Below are positions 1 to 8,576 of a DNA stretch of 64,000 nucleotides, one piece after another. Under the pieces are notes generated by a model, which saw only the letters and a list, made by a program, of their open reading frames with translations, did not search any database and had not been told where the DNA came from. The stretch lies in IMG/VR virus record IMGVR_UViG_3300005002_000001, one strand, 5' to 3'. How positions within the stretch are numbered: the first letter of the stretch is position 1; the number at the start of each line of letters is the position of its first letter. The translations under genes were made by a program, and so were the position numbers. This DNA comes from a virus.

Positions 1-4
1 TCAA

Positions 5-241
5 GTGATGAAGGTCGATTGCATCCAGCTGTGTCAGGGTCCGGACGTCATCGCTCAGCTTCAAGATCATAGAGGCGACGGTCGCACCTGGTGCATCCCG
101 CTGCCCAACGGCAACTTCGAACCGGTCGAAGACGAGAAGGAGATCGCTCAGCTGTATCACTGCCTGTCGGGCGACTTCACGGGCTACATGGTCTTCCGAG
201 CCGTCGAGTACGAGGACGTGCAAATCTGCGTGTGCTTCTGA
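5..241 (+). CDS. hypothetical protein (5' end may lie upstream of window)
   Basis: ORF from track; stop TGA overlaps next ATG (ATGA). Confidence 0.4.
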   Translation: MMKVDCIQLCQGPDVIAQLQDHRGDGRTWCIPLPNGNFEPVEDEKEIAQLYHCLSGDFTGYMVFRAVEYEDVQICVCF

Positions 242-405
242 TGATCAAGCTCCGGGACGCCCACCAGTGCTCCGAGGAGACTCTTAGGCGTCTCCTCTCC
301 TTCTGCCTGGAGAGGGATCCCTCGGGTCCGCGCATGCGGCAGGATCCGCCCAAGGACAAGCAGTCCATCATCGTCCAGCTCACCTGGCTCGGAGTCATCC
401 AATGA
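241..405 (+). CDS. hypothetical small protein (54 aa)
   Basis: In-frame ATG at 241 inside track ORF 91-405; ATGA coupling at both ends. Confidence 0.4.
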   Translation: MIKLRDAHQCSEETLRRLLSFCLERDPSGPRMRQDPPKDKQSIIVQLTWLGVIQ

Positions 406-638
406 AGAAGATCACGATCTGCCCCGACACCAGCGGGTCCGTCTCGGAGGAGCAGCTGCGGGAGTGCCTGAAGCAGCTGCGAGAGGCTCCACCGTCCCTT
501 CAGATCACCTGTACAGGCGGGTCCAAGGTATCCAACATCCGGGTCGGGAAGGGCACTCATGTCATCCTGGTGACGGACGGCTACCGAGCTCCCTGGTACC
601 GCCGGCTGTTCGCCTGGGTGAAAGCTCTTTTCAACTAG
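402..638 (+). CDS. hypothetical protein
   Basis: track ORF; ATGA overlap with upstream gene. Confidence 0.5.
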   Translation: MKKITICPDTSGSVSEEQLRECLKQLREAPPSLQITCTGGSKVSNIRVGKGTHVILVTDGYRAPWYRRLFAWVKALFN

Positions 639-645
639 GAATCGT

Positions 646-678
646 GTAATCCTCCGACGATCCTGATACGATGGTATC
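646..678 (+). promoter_or_regulatory. conserved phage promoter TGTAATC-N16-TACGAT, ATG ~6 nt downstream (leaderless)
   Basis: sequence gtgtaatcctccgacgatcctgatacgatggtatcATG; approximate coordinates. Confidence 0.55.
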
Positions 679-954
679 ATGGTGGAGGCAAACATGGTCG
701 GTACCAAGCTCACGATCGGCGCGGCTCGTTTCGACAGGGCTCCCTGGGAGTACAAGGAGTTCGGCTTCTTCGAGGTCACCGTCGACCGCGAGACGGACAA
801 GGCCGTCCGCGTGACCAGCGGCAAGCGCTGGTGCTGGCTCCCGAAGGCCGCCATCCGCAAGCCCGATCAGTGCCGGGCCTTCGTCTACGGGAAGCTGGTC
901 GAGGCCGGCATCCGGGAGAGCTACGCCGTCAATAACATCGGCGGGGTTTTGTAA
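679..954 (+). CDS. hypothetical protein
   Basis: track ORF immediately after promoter motif; internal GGAGG+ATG at 694 is an alternative start. Confidence 0.55.
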   Translation: MVEANMVGTKLTIGAARFDRAPWEYKEFGFFEVTVDRETDKAVRVTSGKRWCWLPKAAIRKPDQCRAFVYGKLVEAGIRESYAVNNIGGVL

Positions 955-983
955 TCGTCCGCGCTTCCTGGTAGAATGGTATC
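950..983 (+). promoter_or_regulatory. conserved promoter TGTAATC-N16-TAGAAT-N6-ATG
   Basis: ttttgtaatcgtccgcgcttcctggtagaatggtatcATG; nearly identical to the motif at 646. Confidence 0.55.
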
Positions 984-1577
984 ATGGTGGAGGCAACGAT
1001 GACCAAGAACGAGATCGTCCAGGGCGCGTACGCGATGGTCAACCAGCTGACGGACGAGCTGTCCCGTCTCCGCACGGCGGAGCGTAAGGCGCAGCACGAG
1101 GTCTGGAAGGCGAAGGGCGGGTGCGAGCGCTGCGGCGGTCGCGGCTGGATCGTCGTCTGGGACACGCTCGACTCCCTGAGCGGCTGCTACGCCGAGTATG
1201 GCTCGTGCCCTGAGGGTGACAAGTGCACCGCCTCGACGGTGGGCGCCGACCCGGGCTACTACGACCACAAGTACGATAACCTCCGCTGGCACAAGGACAC
1301 GTTCGTCCCGTCCGCCCAGATCGCCGCCGCCGAGCGCGAACTCAAGGACTGGCAGGAGACGCTGAAGGCGGCGCAGGACGACGCCAAGATCGCCAAGGGG
1401 AAGATCATCCGGGTCGTCCGCGGGCGCAAGGTGCCGCAGGGCACGACGGGCGAGTGCGTCTGGTTGGGCGCCGGGAAGTCCTACAGCTACTACGACCGCG
1501 GCGCCGACCGGGTCGGCATCAAGGACTCCAACGGGCAGGTCCACTGGACGGCGGCCTCCAACTGCGAGGTTGTGTGA
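984..1577 (+). CDS. zinc-ribbon protein with C-terminal SH3-like (GW/WT) domain
   Basis: CERCGG...C...C cysteine cluster; C-terminus VWLGAGKSYSYY...GQVHWTAAS resembles the paralogous GDL-WTV-GW family. Confidence 0.55.
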   Translation: MVEATMTKNEIVQGAYAMVNQLTDELSRLRTAERKAQHEVWKAKGGCERCGGRGWIVVWDTLDSLSGCYAEYGSCPEGDKCTASTVGADPGYYDHKYDNLRWHKDTFVPSAQIAAAERELKDWQETLKAAQDDAKIAKGKIIRVVRGRKVPQGTTGECVWLGAGKSYSYYDRGADRVGIKDSNGQVHWTAASNCEVV

Positions 1578-1584
1578 GCGTTTG

Positions 1585-1618
1585 TGTAATCTCGCCGACG
1601 AAGTGATAGGATAGATCC
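1585..1618 (+). promoter_or_regulatory. conserved promoter TGTAATC-N15-TAGGAT-N6-ATG
   Basis: tgtgtaatctcgccgacgaagtgataggatagatccATG. Confidence 0.55.
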
Positions 1619-1834
1619 ATGGCAACCAAGAAGGTCCACGTCCTCTCCGTCCAGTCCGAGTCCTGCGACCACTACGGTCCGTTCGTCTTCGCCGTCCGAC
1701 CCAACGTCGCTCAGCTGAAGACCTTCCTCAGGAAGAACACGTCCCCCGACGACGCCGACTTCTCGGCCGACGGTCCGGGCTGGCAGGGATCGTACCTGCA
1801 CCTGACCTGGTCGACCCGGACCGTGCACGAGTGA
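1619..1834 (+). CDS. hypothetical protein
   Basis: track ORF starting at predicted leaderless transcription start site. Confidence 0.55.
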   Translation: MATKKVHVLSVQSESCDHYGPFVFAVRPNVAQLKTFLRKNTSPDDADFSADGPGWQGSYLHLTWSTRTVHE

Positions 1835-1858
1835 GTGTAAAGAAGCGCTGAGCACTTC

Positions 1859-1892
1859 TGTAATCGCGAGCGAGTCCTGATAGGATTAAATC
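1859..1892 (+). promoter_or_regulatory. conserved promoter TGTAATC-N15-TAGGAT-N5-ATG
   Basis: tctgtaatcgcgagcgagtcctgataggattaaatcATG. Confidence 0.55.
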
Positions 1893-2066
1893 ATGGTCAA
1901 GCTGGTCCTCCCGCAGGAAGTCAAGATCGCCGTCCGACCCCTCAAGCTCGTCCCGTCCGAGGACGAGTACGATCGCATGTCCAAGATGGAGTGGCGCTTC
2001 GCCGTCCTGGACGCTCGGACCCAGGTGGGTCGGGCGCTCAACCAGTTCTTCTACGGAGGCAAGTGA
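1893..2066 (+). CDS. hypothetical small protein (57 aa)
   Basis: ATG 6 nt after -10 element; translated by hand MVKLVLPQEVKIAVRPLKLVPSEDEYDRMSKMEWRFAVLDARTQVGRALNQFFYGGK; stop overlaps next ATG. Confidence 0.5.
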   Translation: MVKLVLPQEVKIAVRPLKLVPSEDEYDRMSKMEWRFAVLDARTQVGRALNQFFYGGK

Positions 2067-2524
2067 TGGGCTACTGGATCGTCAAGGGCGGCGCCAAGGT
2101 CAACGGCAAGACCGTCTACCTCCAGGACCAGGGCATGCTCCGGACGGAGGACCAGCCGCGCGGCGGACCCGGGTTCTTCGGTCCCAAGAAGTCGGCCTTC
2201 CGCTTCGCCTCAGGCGAGCAGGCGACGCGAGCGACCCTGGGCATGCTCAACCTGGGACGCGGAGCTCTCCCGGTGGCCGTCGAGACGAAGAAGCCGCATC
2301 GCAGCTTCCTGGTCGATCAGGCCATCGCCGACCTGGAGCGGGACGTGGAGTACGAGTCCGACCTCCCCAAGGCGTACATGCAGCCCGACGACTGCTCCTA
2401 CCGCTGCAAGGCGGCTCTGCTCCGGTACGTCCGAGAGCTGGAAGCGGCCCTCAAGGCGGCGAGCAAGCCCAAGTCCCGGTACGAGACGGCCAACCGGCAC
2501 GAGTACGATTCCTCCAAGGCGTAG
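2066..2524 (+). CDS. hypothetical protein (N-terminal MGYWIVKGG motif)
   Basis: ATGA-coupled start inside track ORF 1991-2524. Confidence 0.5.
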   Translation: MGYWIVKGGAKVNGKTVYLQDQGMLRTEDQPRGGPGFFGPKKSAFRFASGEQATRATLGMLNLGRGALPVAVETKKPHRSFLVDQAIADLERDVEYESDLPKAYMQPDDCSYRCKAALLRYVRELEAALKAASKPKSRYETANRHEYDSSKA

Positions 2525-2558
2525 TGTAATCGTCCGCCCGGCGTGGTAAGATGGATTC
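2525..2558 (+). promoter_or_regulatory. conserved promoter TGTAATC-N16-TAAGAT-N6-ATG
   Basis: gtagtgtaatcgtccgcccggcgtggtaagatggattcATG. Confidence 0.55.
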
Positions 2559-3227
2559 ATGGTGGAGAGCAAGCAGATGCACAAGTCGGAGTTCGCGCGG
2601 ATCAGCAAGGCCGTCATCGCCCGCCTCATCGAGGCCGGACTGCCCCTGCGGCAGGACTCGCACGACGAGCTGGTCGCCCTGGTGGCCAGGCAAGACGATT
2701 ACTTCCACGACGTCCGCGCCGTGCTGAGCGTCGATCCCAAGGCGCGCTGGTCCGAGGACGCCCGGATCGACGTGACGGCCGACCGCAGCTGGGACAAGGA
2801 AGTGGACGAGGAGACGGGCGACGTCCTGGCCACGTCCAAGGTCAAGGTGACACTGCGCCTCAGCAGCTTCGAGGGCCCTCCCTCGGACGAGCTCTACGGT
2901 CGGCTGGACCTGACGCGCCAGGCCGTCGAGGCGTGCGAGAGCCTGCAGAAGGAGTTCGCCAAGGAGTACAAGTACGTCGTCCGCACGGCGGCGGAAGAGG
3001 CCGAGCGTCTGGCCAAGGAGGAGGCCGAGAACCGGCGCCTGAAGGTGCAGCGGATGGCCGAGTACCCGTCCAAGGGACTGCGCGCCGGCGGCAACGCCCG
3101 AACCGTCTCCCGCGAGCTCTTCACGGGCTGCCCGGACGGGACGTACGAGGTGAGCTACGATTCGGGCAAGCGCCAGTGCCGAGTGGTCCTCAGGCCGGGT
3201 AACGCCACCATCAGGAGGCTGGGATGA
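2559..3227 (+). CDS. hypothetical protein with C-terminal coiled coil
   Basis: track ORF; EEAERLAKEEAENRRLK heptad-like segment; alternative start at 2574 after GGAGAG. Confidence 0.55.
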   Translation: MVESKQMHKSEFARISKAVIARLIEAGLPLRQDSHDELVALVARQDDYFHDVRAVLSVDPKARWSEDARIDVTADRSWDKEVDEETGDVLATSKVKVTLRLSSFEGPPSDELYGRLDLTRQAVEACESLQKEFAKEYKYVVRTAAEEAERLAKEEAENRRLKVQRMAEYPSKGLRAGGNARTVSRELFTGCPDGTYEVSYDSGKRQCRVVLRPGNATIRRLG

Positions 3228-3472
3228 AGGTGCTGGAAGAGAAGCCCTGGACGCTGGAAGTGACGTGCGGAGAGTGCGGCTCCAAGCTCCAGGTGGAGAA
3301 GGACGACGTCCGAGCCGTGGAGTACGAGGTGTCGGACTGCGACCACACGGACTACAGCGCCATCTGCCCGGTGTGCAAGAGTCCGGTGGACCTGCCGACC
3401 AAGGACATCGCCGTCGGAGTCCGGGAGGAGGCCGTCAAGCGGTACCGCAAGAGCCGGAAGAGCCGGTGGTAG
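3224..3472 (+). CDS. zinc-ribbon protein
   Basis: CGECG...CPVC two CxxC pairs; ATGA overlap with upstream gene. Confidence 0.55.
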   Translation: MKVLEEKPWTLEVTCGECGSKLQVEKDDVRAVEYEVSDCDHTDYSAICPVCKSPVDLPTKDIAVGVREEAVKRYRKSRKSRW

Positions 3473-3893
3473 CCGCCGCCTGCAACGTTGCGGCAACTGG
3501 GGCCCCTGCAGAGCTGCAACGTCGTTGTAACAAGGGGCCCCTACGGGCCCCCTTCGGAGAGGCGAAAAAGGCCTAGGGGCCCGCCCCATTAAAGGGCCCC
3601 ATTAAAGTGGGGGGGCCGGGGGCAACCTTTGTGGGGCTTTTAACCACCTCCAGCGGGACCTAACCCCCTGCGGAAAATCTGGACCCTCCGCCGACTTTTC
3701 ACTCCACGCAGCGAGCGACCACGTTGATAAGCGTTTATTAGCAGCTCGAAAAAATGTAACCGAGGCCCACGTGCCCAAAAAATCTGGAAAAAAAGTGTCG
3801 GGCTTTTCAAGCCCTGCATCCTTGCATAGCAAGGACCTCGATCGACGAGGCCAATCGGCGCAGCATTCGCGTTTGAAACGCAATCCCACGCTC
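3473..3893. repeat. non-coding island dense in GC-rich palindromes and hairpins
   Basis: gcaacgttgc, ctgcagagctgca, ggggcccc (x2), gggccccc, short direct repeat ccattaaag (x2), hairpins gggcttttcaagccc and gcgtttgaaacgc; no convincing ORF. Confidence 0.5.
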
Positions 3894-4253
3894 ATGGAAG
3901 CGCTGGACGCCAGCATCGCGAAGGAGAAGGCGAAATTCCCGTTGGGCGTCATCGTCGCCCGGAATCACGCCGATCGAGCCGCGCTCAAGCTGGAAAAGAA
4001 TCCGGCCGAGCGGCCTCTGAGTTTTCCTCATGTTGATCAGTTGGACGAATGGCACCGAAACGTCCAAAAAGCTCGGGAAGCGACCTATTTTGTCGTCATC
4101 GATTCCCATTGGGACGCCGATTACTGCTATCTGTGGGTCGAGCTCATGGGACTGGGAGACCCCAGCGTCCGAGGCTGGTTGCGTAACCCGGAGACCAAAC
4201 TGATGCAGGTCGATCTGGAAAAGAAGAGAACGCGCCCGTGTAAAACACGCTGA
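3894..4253 (+). CDS. hypothetical protein (start uncertain)
   Basis: track ORF 3771-4253 trimmed to ATG 3894 because 3771-3890 is hairpin-rich. Confidence 0.35.
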   Translation: MEALDASIAKEKAKFPLGVIVARNHADRAALKLEKNPAERPLSFPHVDQLDEWHRNVQKAREATYFVVIDSHWDADYCYLWVELMGLGDPSVRGWLRNPETKLMQVDLEKKRTRPCKTR

Positions 4254-4278
4254 TCCCTTCAGGTTACTTTGCTTTCAA

Positions 4279-4773
4279 ATGCCGATCATCCTATCCACCC
4301 AACCCCAAGACATCGACATCGCCGAGGCCTACGCCTTGGACGTGTGCCAGTCCGATCCCCGCAAGAACCCCGAGACCTTTTACACCGGAGCTCTAGGCGA
4401 GCTCGCCTTCGCTCGTTGGGACGGGCCCGAGACTTACGACCGCTGCGTCGCGCACCTCCGTCGGGGCGCCGCTCCCGCCGCCGAGGACTGGCGTTACGAC
4501 TTCGTCTCCCGGCGTTCCTATCTGATCGACGTCAAGTCGGTGGGTTACGACAACGTCCGTCGGGGCTTCGGCGATATGCTCATCTCCAAGCCCGATCCCG
4601 ACGTCACCTACGTCCTCCTCTATTCCCTGGGCCCGAGCAATCGAGTCTTCGAATTCTCAGGTTGGGTCCTGGGCTCGCAGATCCACGATATGGCCCTCAA
4701 GCCACTGGCGCGCGACAATCACAAGTTCGTTCGGGTGCGCAAGCGCGATCTCAACCCGATCGACAAATGGTGA
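4279..4773 (+). CDS. hypothetical protein, possible PD-(D/E)xK-type nuclease
   Basis: GALGELAF ... DF ... YLIDVKS pattern resembles a restriction-endonuclease-like D...(D/E)xK core; weak. Confidence 0.3.
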   Translation: MPIILSTQPQDIDIAEAYALDVCQSDPRKNPETFYTGALGELAFARWDGPETYDRCVAHLRRGAAPAAEDWRYDFVSRRSYLIDVKSVGYDNVRRGFGDMLISKPDPDVTYVLLYSLGPSNRVFEFSGWVLGSQIHDMALKPLARDNHKFVRVRKRDLNPIDKW

Positions 4774-5138
4774 GCGCCCCGTCCTGGCGAGAGCTGCTGA
4801 GCGAGGTCTTGATGAATATCGTCCGTTGGATCGACATGAAGCTGGCTCCGGATCCCGGGCAGGTGCTGCGCCTGCGGCCGGGCCATTGGAACCCCGAGCC
4901 CTCCCTCGACATGACGCTGATCGCCCTGCATCGCGAATTTCCTAAGTGGAAGGCGCTCGATCACGCGTCCTACCGCATCTGGAAGAAGGCCGAGCTGCCT
5001 ACCCACTGGGTCGTCGTCGAGAAGCGCTGGCATCCCGAGGCCCAGCAGGTCTTTATCCGGCTGGTGTCGATGGGCGAGCGCGAGGTTCTGGGCTGGTGCC
5101 AGTACTTATACGAGCACTTCGACTGGGTCAAAGTTTAA
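4769..5138 (+). CDS. hypothetical protein
   Basis: ATGgTGA overlap start inside track ORF 4269-5138; the upstream part of that track ORF is Arg/Pro-rich GC artefact. Confidence 0.45.
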
Positions 5139-5163
5139 GGACGCCGACAAGAAATAGCTCTCG

Positions 5164-5197
5164 TGTATTCTCCGCGCCCTGGGTGTAAGATTGGGCT
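5164..5197 (+). promoter_or_regulatory. promoter variant TGTATTC-N15-TAAGAT-N6-ATG
   Basis: tcgtgtattctccgcgccctgggtgtaagattgggctATG. Confidence 0.45.
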
Positions 5198-5491
5198 ATG
5201 AGCCTGCAGTGCGTCGATCGTTCCTTCCCGCCTCGGGGAGCTTTGCTGGCCGGTGCGCGCGCCCAAGTTTTGGGCGACCTGGTCTCCTTCTATCGCACGC
5301 CGGAGTGGTCGAAGCGCGCTGATAACCACATCGGAGATTTTCGGACCGACGGCTTCTGGATCGTCCTGACGAAGCATCGGGATCGGACTCGTCTCATCTC
5401 TTTTCGTCCGGATCGGATCCGCCAGGTGTGCGGCTGGATCGAAAACATCGACCTGCGCTTCAAATTCGACCTCATTCGGAGCCGACCGTGA
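5198..5491 (+). CDS. hypothetical protein
   Basis: track ORF following promoter variant. Confidence 0.5.
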   Translation: MSLQCVDRSFPPRGALLAGARAQVLGDLVSFYRTPEWSKRADNHIGDFRTDGFWIVLTKHRDRTRLISFRPDRIRQVCGWIENIDLRFKFDLIRSRP

Positions 5492-5832
5492 GCATGCTGC
5501 AACGCCGACCGGGCGACGTCCTGCAAGGCGTCCTGCTGACGGGCAAGCTGGCTCCCTGGCCGCCTTACGTCCGGGCCAATCGAGTCCGCGTCTATCGGCG
5601 CATCGATCTCGAGCGTTCCCGAGGGATCGCCCGGGGCGAGCTCTTCCACCTCATCGGTTCTCGGGTCGAATACGACCTGTCGCGCCAGGGTTACTGGACG
5701 GTGCTCGAATACTTCCTGGGCGCCGCCCGCTATCGGGTGCTGCACGTCGATGAGATTCATAAGCTGCACGACGTCTTGATCAACGTCGGTGATATCGAGG
5801 ATACGAAACTCTTTCGCAAGGTGAACAGATGA
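5488..5832 (+). CDS. hypothetical protein with GYWTV motif
   Basis: GTGA overlap start (or ATG 5494); RQGYWTVLEY motif of the paralogous family. Confidence 0.45.
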   Translation: MSMLQRRPGDVLQGVLLTGKLAPWPPYVRANRVRVYRRIDLERSRGIARGELFHLIGSRVEYDLSRQGYWTVLEYFLGAARYRVLHVDEIHKLHDVLINVGDIEDTKLFRKVNR

Positions 5833-6119
5833 GCGACAAGCAGAGCAAGCAATCGGACCAACTGGACAGCTGGATGTCTATGCTGACGGACGACAAGGAG
5901 CGGGCCAGCGTCATCAAAGCCCAGATCGAGGCCAACGCCCAGACGGAGCGCGTGCGGGTCGAGCAGGTCGAGCAGTCCCGCCGGGCCGACATCGCCACCG
6001 ATGGCTTCCAGGGGTTTCGCATCGTCGCCGTCTTCGCCATCATGGCGGCCATCGCCGGTTCGACGTGCGTCGGCTATCACGCCATCGAGCTGAAGGCGGG
6101 CGCCTCCCAGCAGAAGTAG
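5829..6119 (+). CDS. small membrane-anchored protein with coiled coil
   Basis: ATGA overlap; C-terminal hydrophobic stretch FRIVAVFAIMAAIAGSTCVGY. Confidence 0.5.
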   Translation: MSDKQSKQSDQLDSWMSMLTDDKERASVIKAQIEANAQTERVRVEQVEQSRRADIATDGFQGFRIVAVFAIMAAIAGSTCVGYHAIELKAGASQQK

Positions 6120-6128
6120 GAGCTTTTC

Positions 6129-6542
6129 ATGGATCATCGGGAGCAGATCGCTCGACTCGTCGAGCTGCACGCCCAGGGCGTCATCTCTCGCCGGACCCTC
6201 ATCGAGGCGGCCGGTCTGGGCGACGTCATAAAGGACGACGAGGATAACAACGTGGCCGACGAGGTCGAGAATGTCGACGAGGACGACTTCCTGGATCGCA
6301 CCTATCCCCTGGGCGCGTTGATCCGGCCTAGAGTGCCGCTATCGGTCGGCATCAGCCTGTCGACCCGGCCCGGAGGCAAACCGCTGGCCGACGGCGAGCG
6401 CGCTCCCGTCGCCGTCCAAGTGAAGGCCTCGGGCTACTGGACCGTCGTCGCTCATCGCTCGGGGTGGACCAAGGTCGCCTCGGCCGACGGCCGCGGCGCG
6501 GGCTGGACCTTCTACGTCCGGGACTACTTTGAGCGCGTCTAA
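6129..6542 (+). CDS. GDL-WTV-GW family small protein (acidic linker + SH3-like C-terminus)
   Basis: SGYWTVVAHRSGWTKVASADGRGAGWTFYV; RBS aggag upstream. Confidence 0.6.
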   Translation: MDHREQIARLVELHAQGVISRRTLIEAAGLGDVIKDDEDNNVADEVENVDEDDFLDRTYPLGALIRPRVPLSVGISLSTRPGGKPLADGERAPVAVQVKASGYWTVVAHRSGWTKVASADGRGAGWTFYVRDYFERV

Positions 6543-6849
6543 GCGGAGCGATAAGCGGAGCGATTACATCGACTTTCGGCAGGGGGACCTGCTGGTCGGT
6601 CGACCCAACAAGCCCGAAGGCACTCTGCACCTGGAGAGACCTAATCGTTACACCCACACCCCGCAGCGACCCTGTCCCAACTATAGCTTTTCTCTGGACG
6701 AGTGCGTCGTCCTCATCCTGAGCGCCCAACGAGCCGGCAAGGACGCCTTCGCCGACTCCGAGGTCCTGGTCTCCGACTGTCGTCGGCAGAAGCTGATGCG
6801 TGGCTGGATGACCAATTACTACCTGATGAACGATTTTTGGATAGCATGA
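6529..6849 (+). CDS. hypothetical protein (FRQGDLLVGRP motif)
   Basis: track ORF, overlaps neighbours by a few nt. Confidence 0.4.
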   Translation: MSASKRSDKRSDYIDFRQGDLLVGRPNKPEGTLHLERPNRYTHTPQRPCPNYSFSLDECVVLILSAQRAGKDAFADSEVLVSDCRRQKLMRGWMTNYYLMNDFWIA

Positions 6850-7331
6850 GCAAGCGCAAGAAGCGCAACTGGACGGCGGCTCAGCAGGCCGTCTGGAAGG
6901 CGATCCTGGACGATATCAAACGCTGGACCATCCCGAACTGGATCTATGAGATGCAGTCCCTGGGCCTCTCCGTCCGGCGCGAGATGTACGGGGATTATGA
7001 CGAGGAGCATAGAGTCGTGAGCCTGAGCAAGTATCCCTTCGCACTGGGTACCCTGGTGAAGGTGCGACCGCGCAAGCCCTTTAAGGGCTCGATCGACGTC
7101 GTCCTGTCGGATAGGATGCGTTGGCCGCCCAAAGCCCGGGGCAAGAATGCCTACGCCTTCGGTGACAATAGGCGGGTGCCAGGCTGGGGTTACTGGACCG
7201 TCGTCGCTGTCGATCCCGTGCCGGGCGTAGGATTCTGGCACAAGATCGTCCGGGGAGACGGCGAGATGGGCTGGGTCGAGGACCTGCAGAAGGACTTCGT
7301 CGTCGTGAAACCCGAGGAAGAAACCAAGTAA
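6846..7331 (+). CDS. GDL-WTV-GW family protein
   Basis: ATGA start inside track ORF 6702-7331; GWGYWTVVAVDPVPGVGFWHKIVRGDGEMGWVED. Confidence 0.55.
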   Translation: MSKRKKRNWTAAQQAVWKAILDDIKRWTIPNWIYEMQSLGLSVRREMYGDYDEEHRVVSLSKYPFALGTLVKVRPRKPFKGSIDVVLSDRMRWPPKARGKNAYAFGDNRRVPGWGYWTVVAVDPVPGVGFWHKIVRGDGEMGWVEDLQKDFVVVKPEEETK

Positions 7332-7339
7332 TATTTCCG

Positions 7340-7519
7340 ATGGCGAAGCGTTCGAAGTTCGAAGAACAATGGACTCGGGAGCAGCTGCTGAGCGAGGTCC
7401 GAGAGCTCCGGGCGAGGAACGTCCGCCTCGAGCGGCGACTCGCCGAGCTGGAGGCCGCGCAAAAAGATAACTGCCTATCCGACGCTTCGCGTCGCGACAA
7501 CAGATTCGAACTCGCCTGA
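7340..7519 (+). CDS. small coiled-coil (leucine-zipper-like) protein, 59 aa
   Basis: hand translation MAKRSKFEEQWTREQLLSEVRELRARNVRLERRLAELEAAQKDN...; stop overlaps next ATG. Confidence 0.45.
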   Translation: MAKRSKFEEQWTREQLLSEVRELRARNVRLERRLAELEAAQKDNCLSDASRRDNRFELA

Positions 7520-7848
7520 TGTCTCACCGATTCCTCAATCTCATCAGCGATACTTCGCTTCTAAAAGAGGGCGACCTTCTCAAGCTGTACTCCCATCATT
7601 CTCGGAAGCTCAACGGTGAGGAAGAGGAACACGGCCCGTCCATCAAGCTACACCCCGCCGCTAACGAGTATAGCACGCGAGCTACTTACGTTCATGGCGC
7701 CCTCTTCTGGACCGTGCTGAGTACCTGGACTCGAGACTGGGTCTTCGTCGTCAATTCCGACGGCGACAAGGGCTGGGCGAATATTCATTCGAACACGCTG
7801 GAACTATGCGAGTCGCGCGATTCCACTCAATCTACGCCTACGATCTGA
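7519..7848 (+). CDS. GDL-WTV-GW family protein
   Basis: EGDLLKL ... LFWTVLSTWTRDWVFVVNSDGDKGWANI. Confidence 0.55.
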   Translation: MSHRFLNLISDTSLLKEGDLLKLYSHHSRKLNGEEEEHGPSIKLHPAANEYSTRATYVHGALFWTVLSTWTRDWVFVVNSDGDKGWANIHSNTLELCESRDSTQSTPTI

Positions 7849-8093
7849 AGCCAGGAGATTTGCTGCGACAAACGCTCGCCGCCTCCCTGCGCGGGGGCGG
7901 AATGCAGCTTCTAAATGAGAGGACGCCCGAGCCCACCTACAATTTCAAGTACTCGAACCACAATTCCCTCTGGTGGACCGTCCTGGCCGTCTATGACGAC
8001 GAATACATCGAGATCCTCTCCCATTACAATCATGAGCGTGGATTCGTCCATCGCCGCGATTGGGACAACTTCGAACTGGTAGTCGAGCAATGA
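7806..8093 (+). CDS. GDL-WTV-GW family protein
   Basis: PGDLLRQ ... LWWTVLAVYDDEYIEIL. Confidence 0.5.
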   Translation: MRVARFHSIYAYDLKPGDLLRQTLAASLRGGGMQLLNERTPEPTYNFKYSNHNSLWWTVLAVYDDEYIEILSHYNHERGFVHRRDWDNFELVVEQ

Positions 8094-8566
8094 ACATCTT
8101 CGTCCTGGACACCGATCCCGTCCGCGCCGCCCAGATGCAGTGCGACAAGCACGTCGTCAAGATGATCGTCGAGTCGGCGCAGATGCTGTGCAACGCCCTG
8201 CCCCTCCAGTTCGCCTACTACGAACGCACCCATTTCAATCACCCGTGTTCCGTCTGGGTCCGCGCTTCGCGCGAGAACTACCTTTGGCTGTGCGAGCACG
8301 CCCTCGAACTCTGTCACGAGTATACTCGTCGCTACAAGAAGACCCACTCCACCGAATGGGTCATCCTGCTCTGCATATCTCTCGCCGAGCTCGTACCGAG
8401 CTCGCGGCTGACTCCTTTTGTCATCTGCGTGCCCGACGACTGCAAGACTCCCGATCCCGTCGAGTCCTATCGACTGTGCTATCTCAAGCACAAGTCCCGT
8501 TTCGCCAAGTGGAGATTCGCTTGCTCACCCGCGCCCGCTTGGTACCAAACGCTTCAAAACACGTAG
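8090..8566 (+). CDS. hypothetical protein
   Basis: ATGA start; N-terminus MNIFVLDTDPVRAAQMQCDKHVVKMIVESAQML; no function assigned. Confidence 0.5.
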   Translation: MNIFVLDTDPVRAAQMQCDKHVVKMIVESAQMLCNALPLQFAYYERTHFNHPCSVWVRASRENYLWLCEHALELCHEYTRRYKKTHSTEWVILLCISLAELVPSSRLTPFVICVPDDCKTPDPVESYRLCYLKHKSRFAKWRFACSPAPAWYQTLQNT

Positions 8567-8576
8567 GAGATTCCCG

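Noticed and set aside
177-1625. Minus-strand ORFs 177-860 and 921-1625 and other long antisense or alternative-frame ORFs in the first 19 kb (e.g. 2543-3202, 16622-17125, 18116-18652)
   Set aside because: They are Arg/Pro/Gly/Ser-rich and overlap better-supported plus-strand genes that have promoter motifs and ATGA coupling. These are high-GC artefacts.
3473-3893. Possible tRNA gene or CRISPR array in the GC-rich palindromic island
   Set aside because: No GTTCRANYC T-loop or cloverleaf could be traced by eye. Direct repeats (ccattaaag) are too short and few for a CRISPR array. A tRNA cannot be fully excluded without tRNAscan-SE.
3771-3893. 5' part of track ORF 3771-4253 as coding
   Set aside because: The segment overlaps two clean hairpins and A-rich runs. 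A downstream in-frame ATG (3894) gives a more plausible gene, though the start remains uncertain.
8090-8566. Assigning a named function to the MNIFVLDTDP...CDKHVVKM protein
   Set aside because: The N-terminal motif felt familiar from other phage proteins, but I could not tie it to a specific characterised family from memory. It is left as hypothetical.
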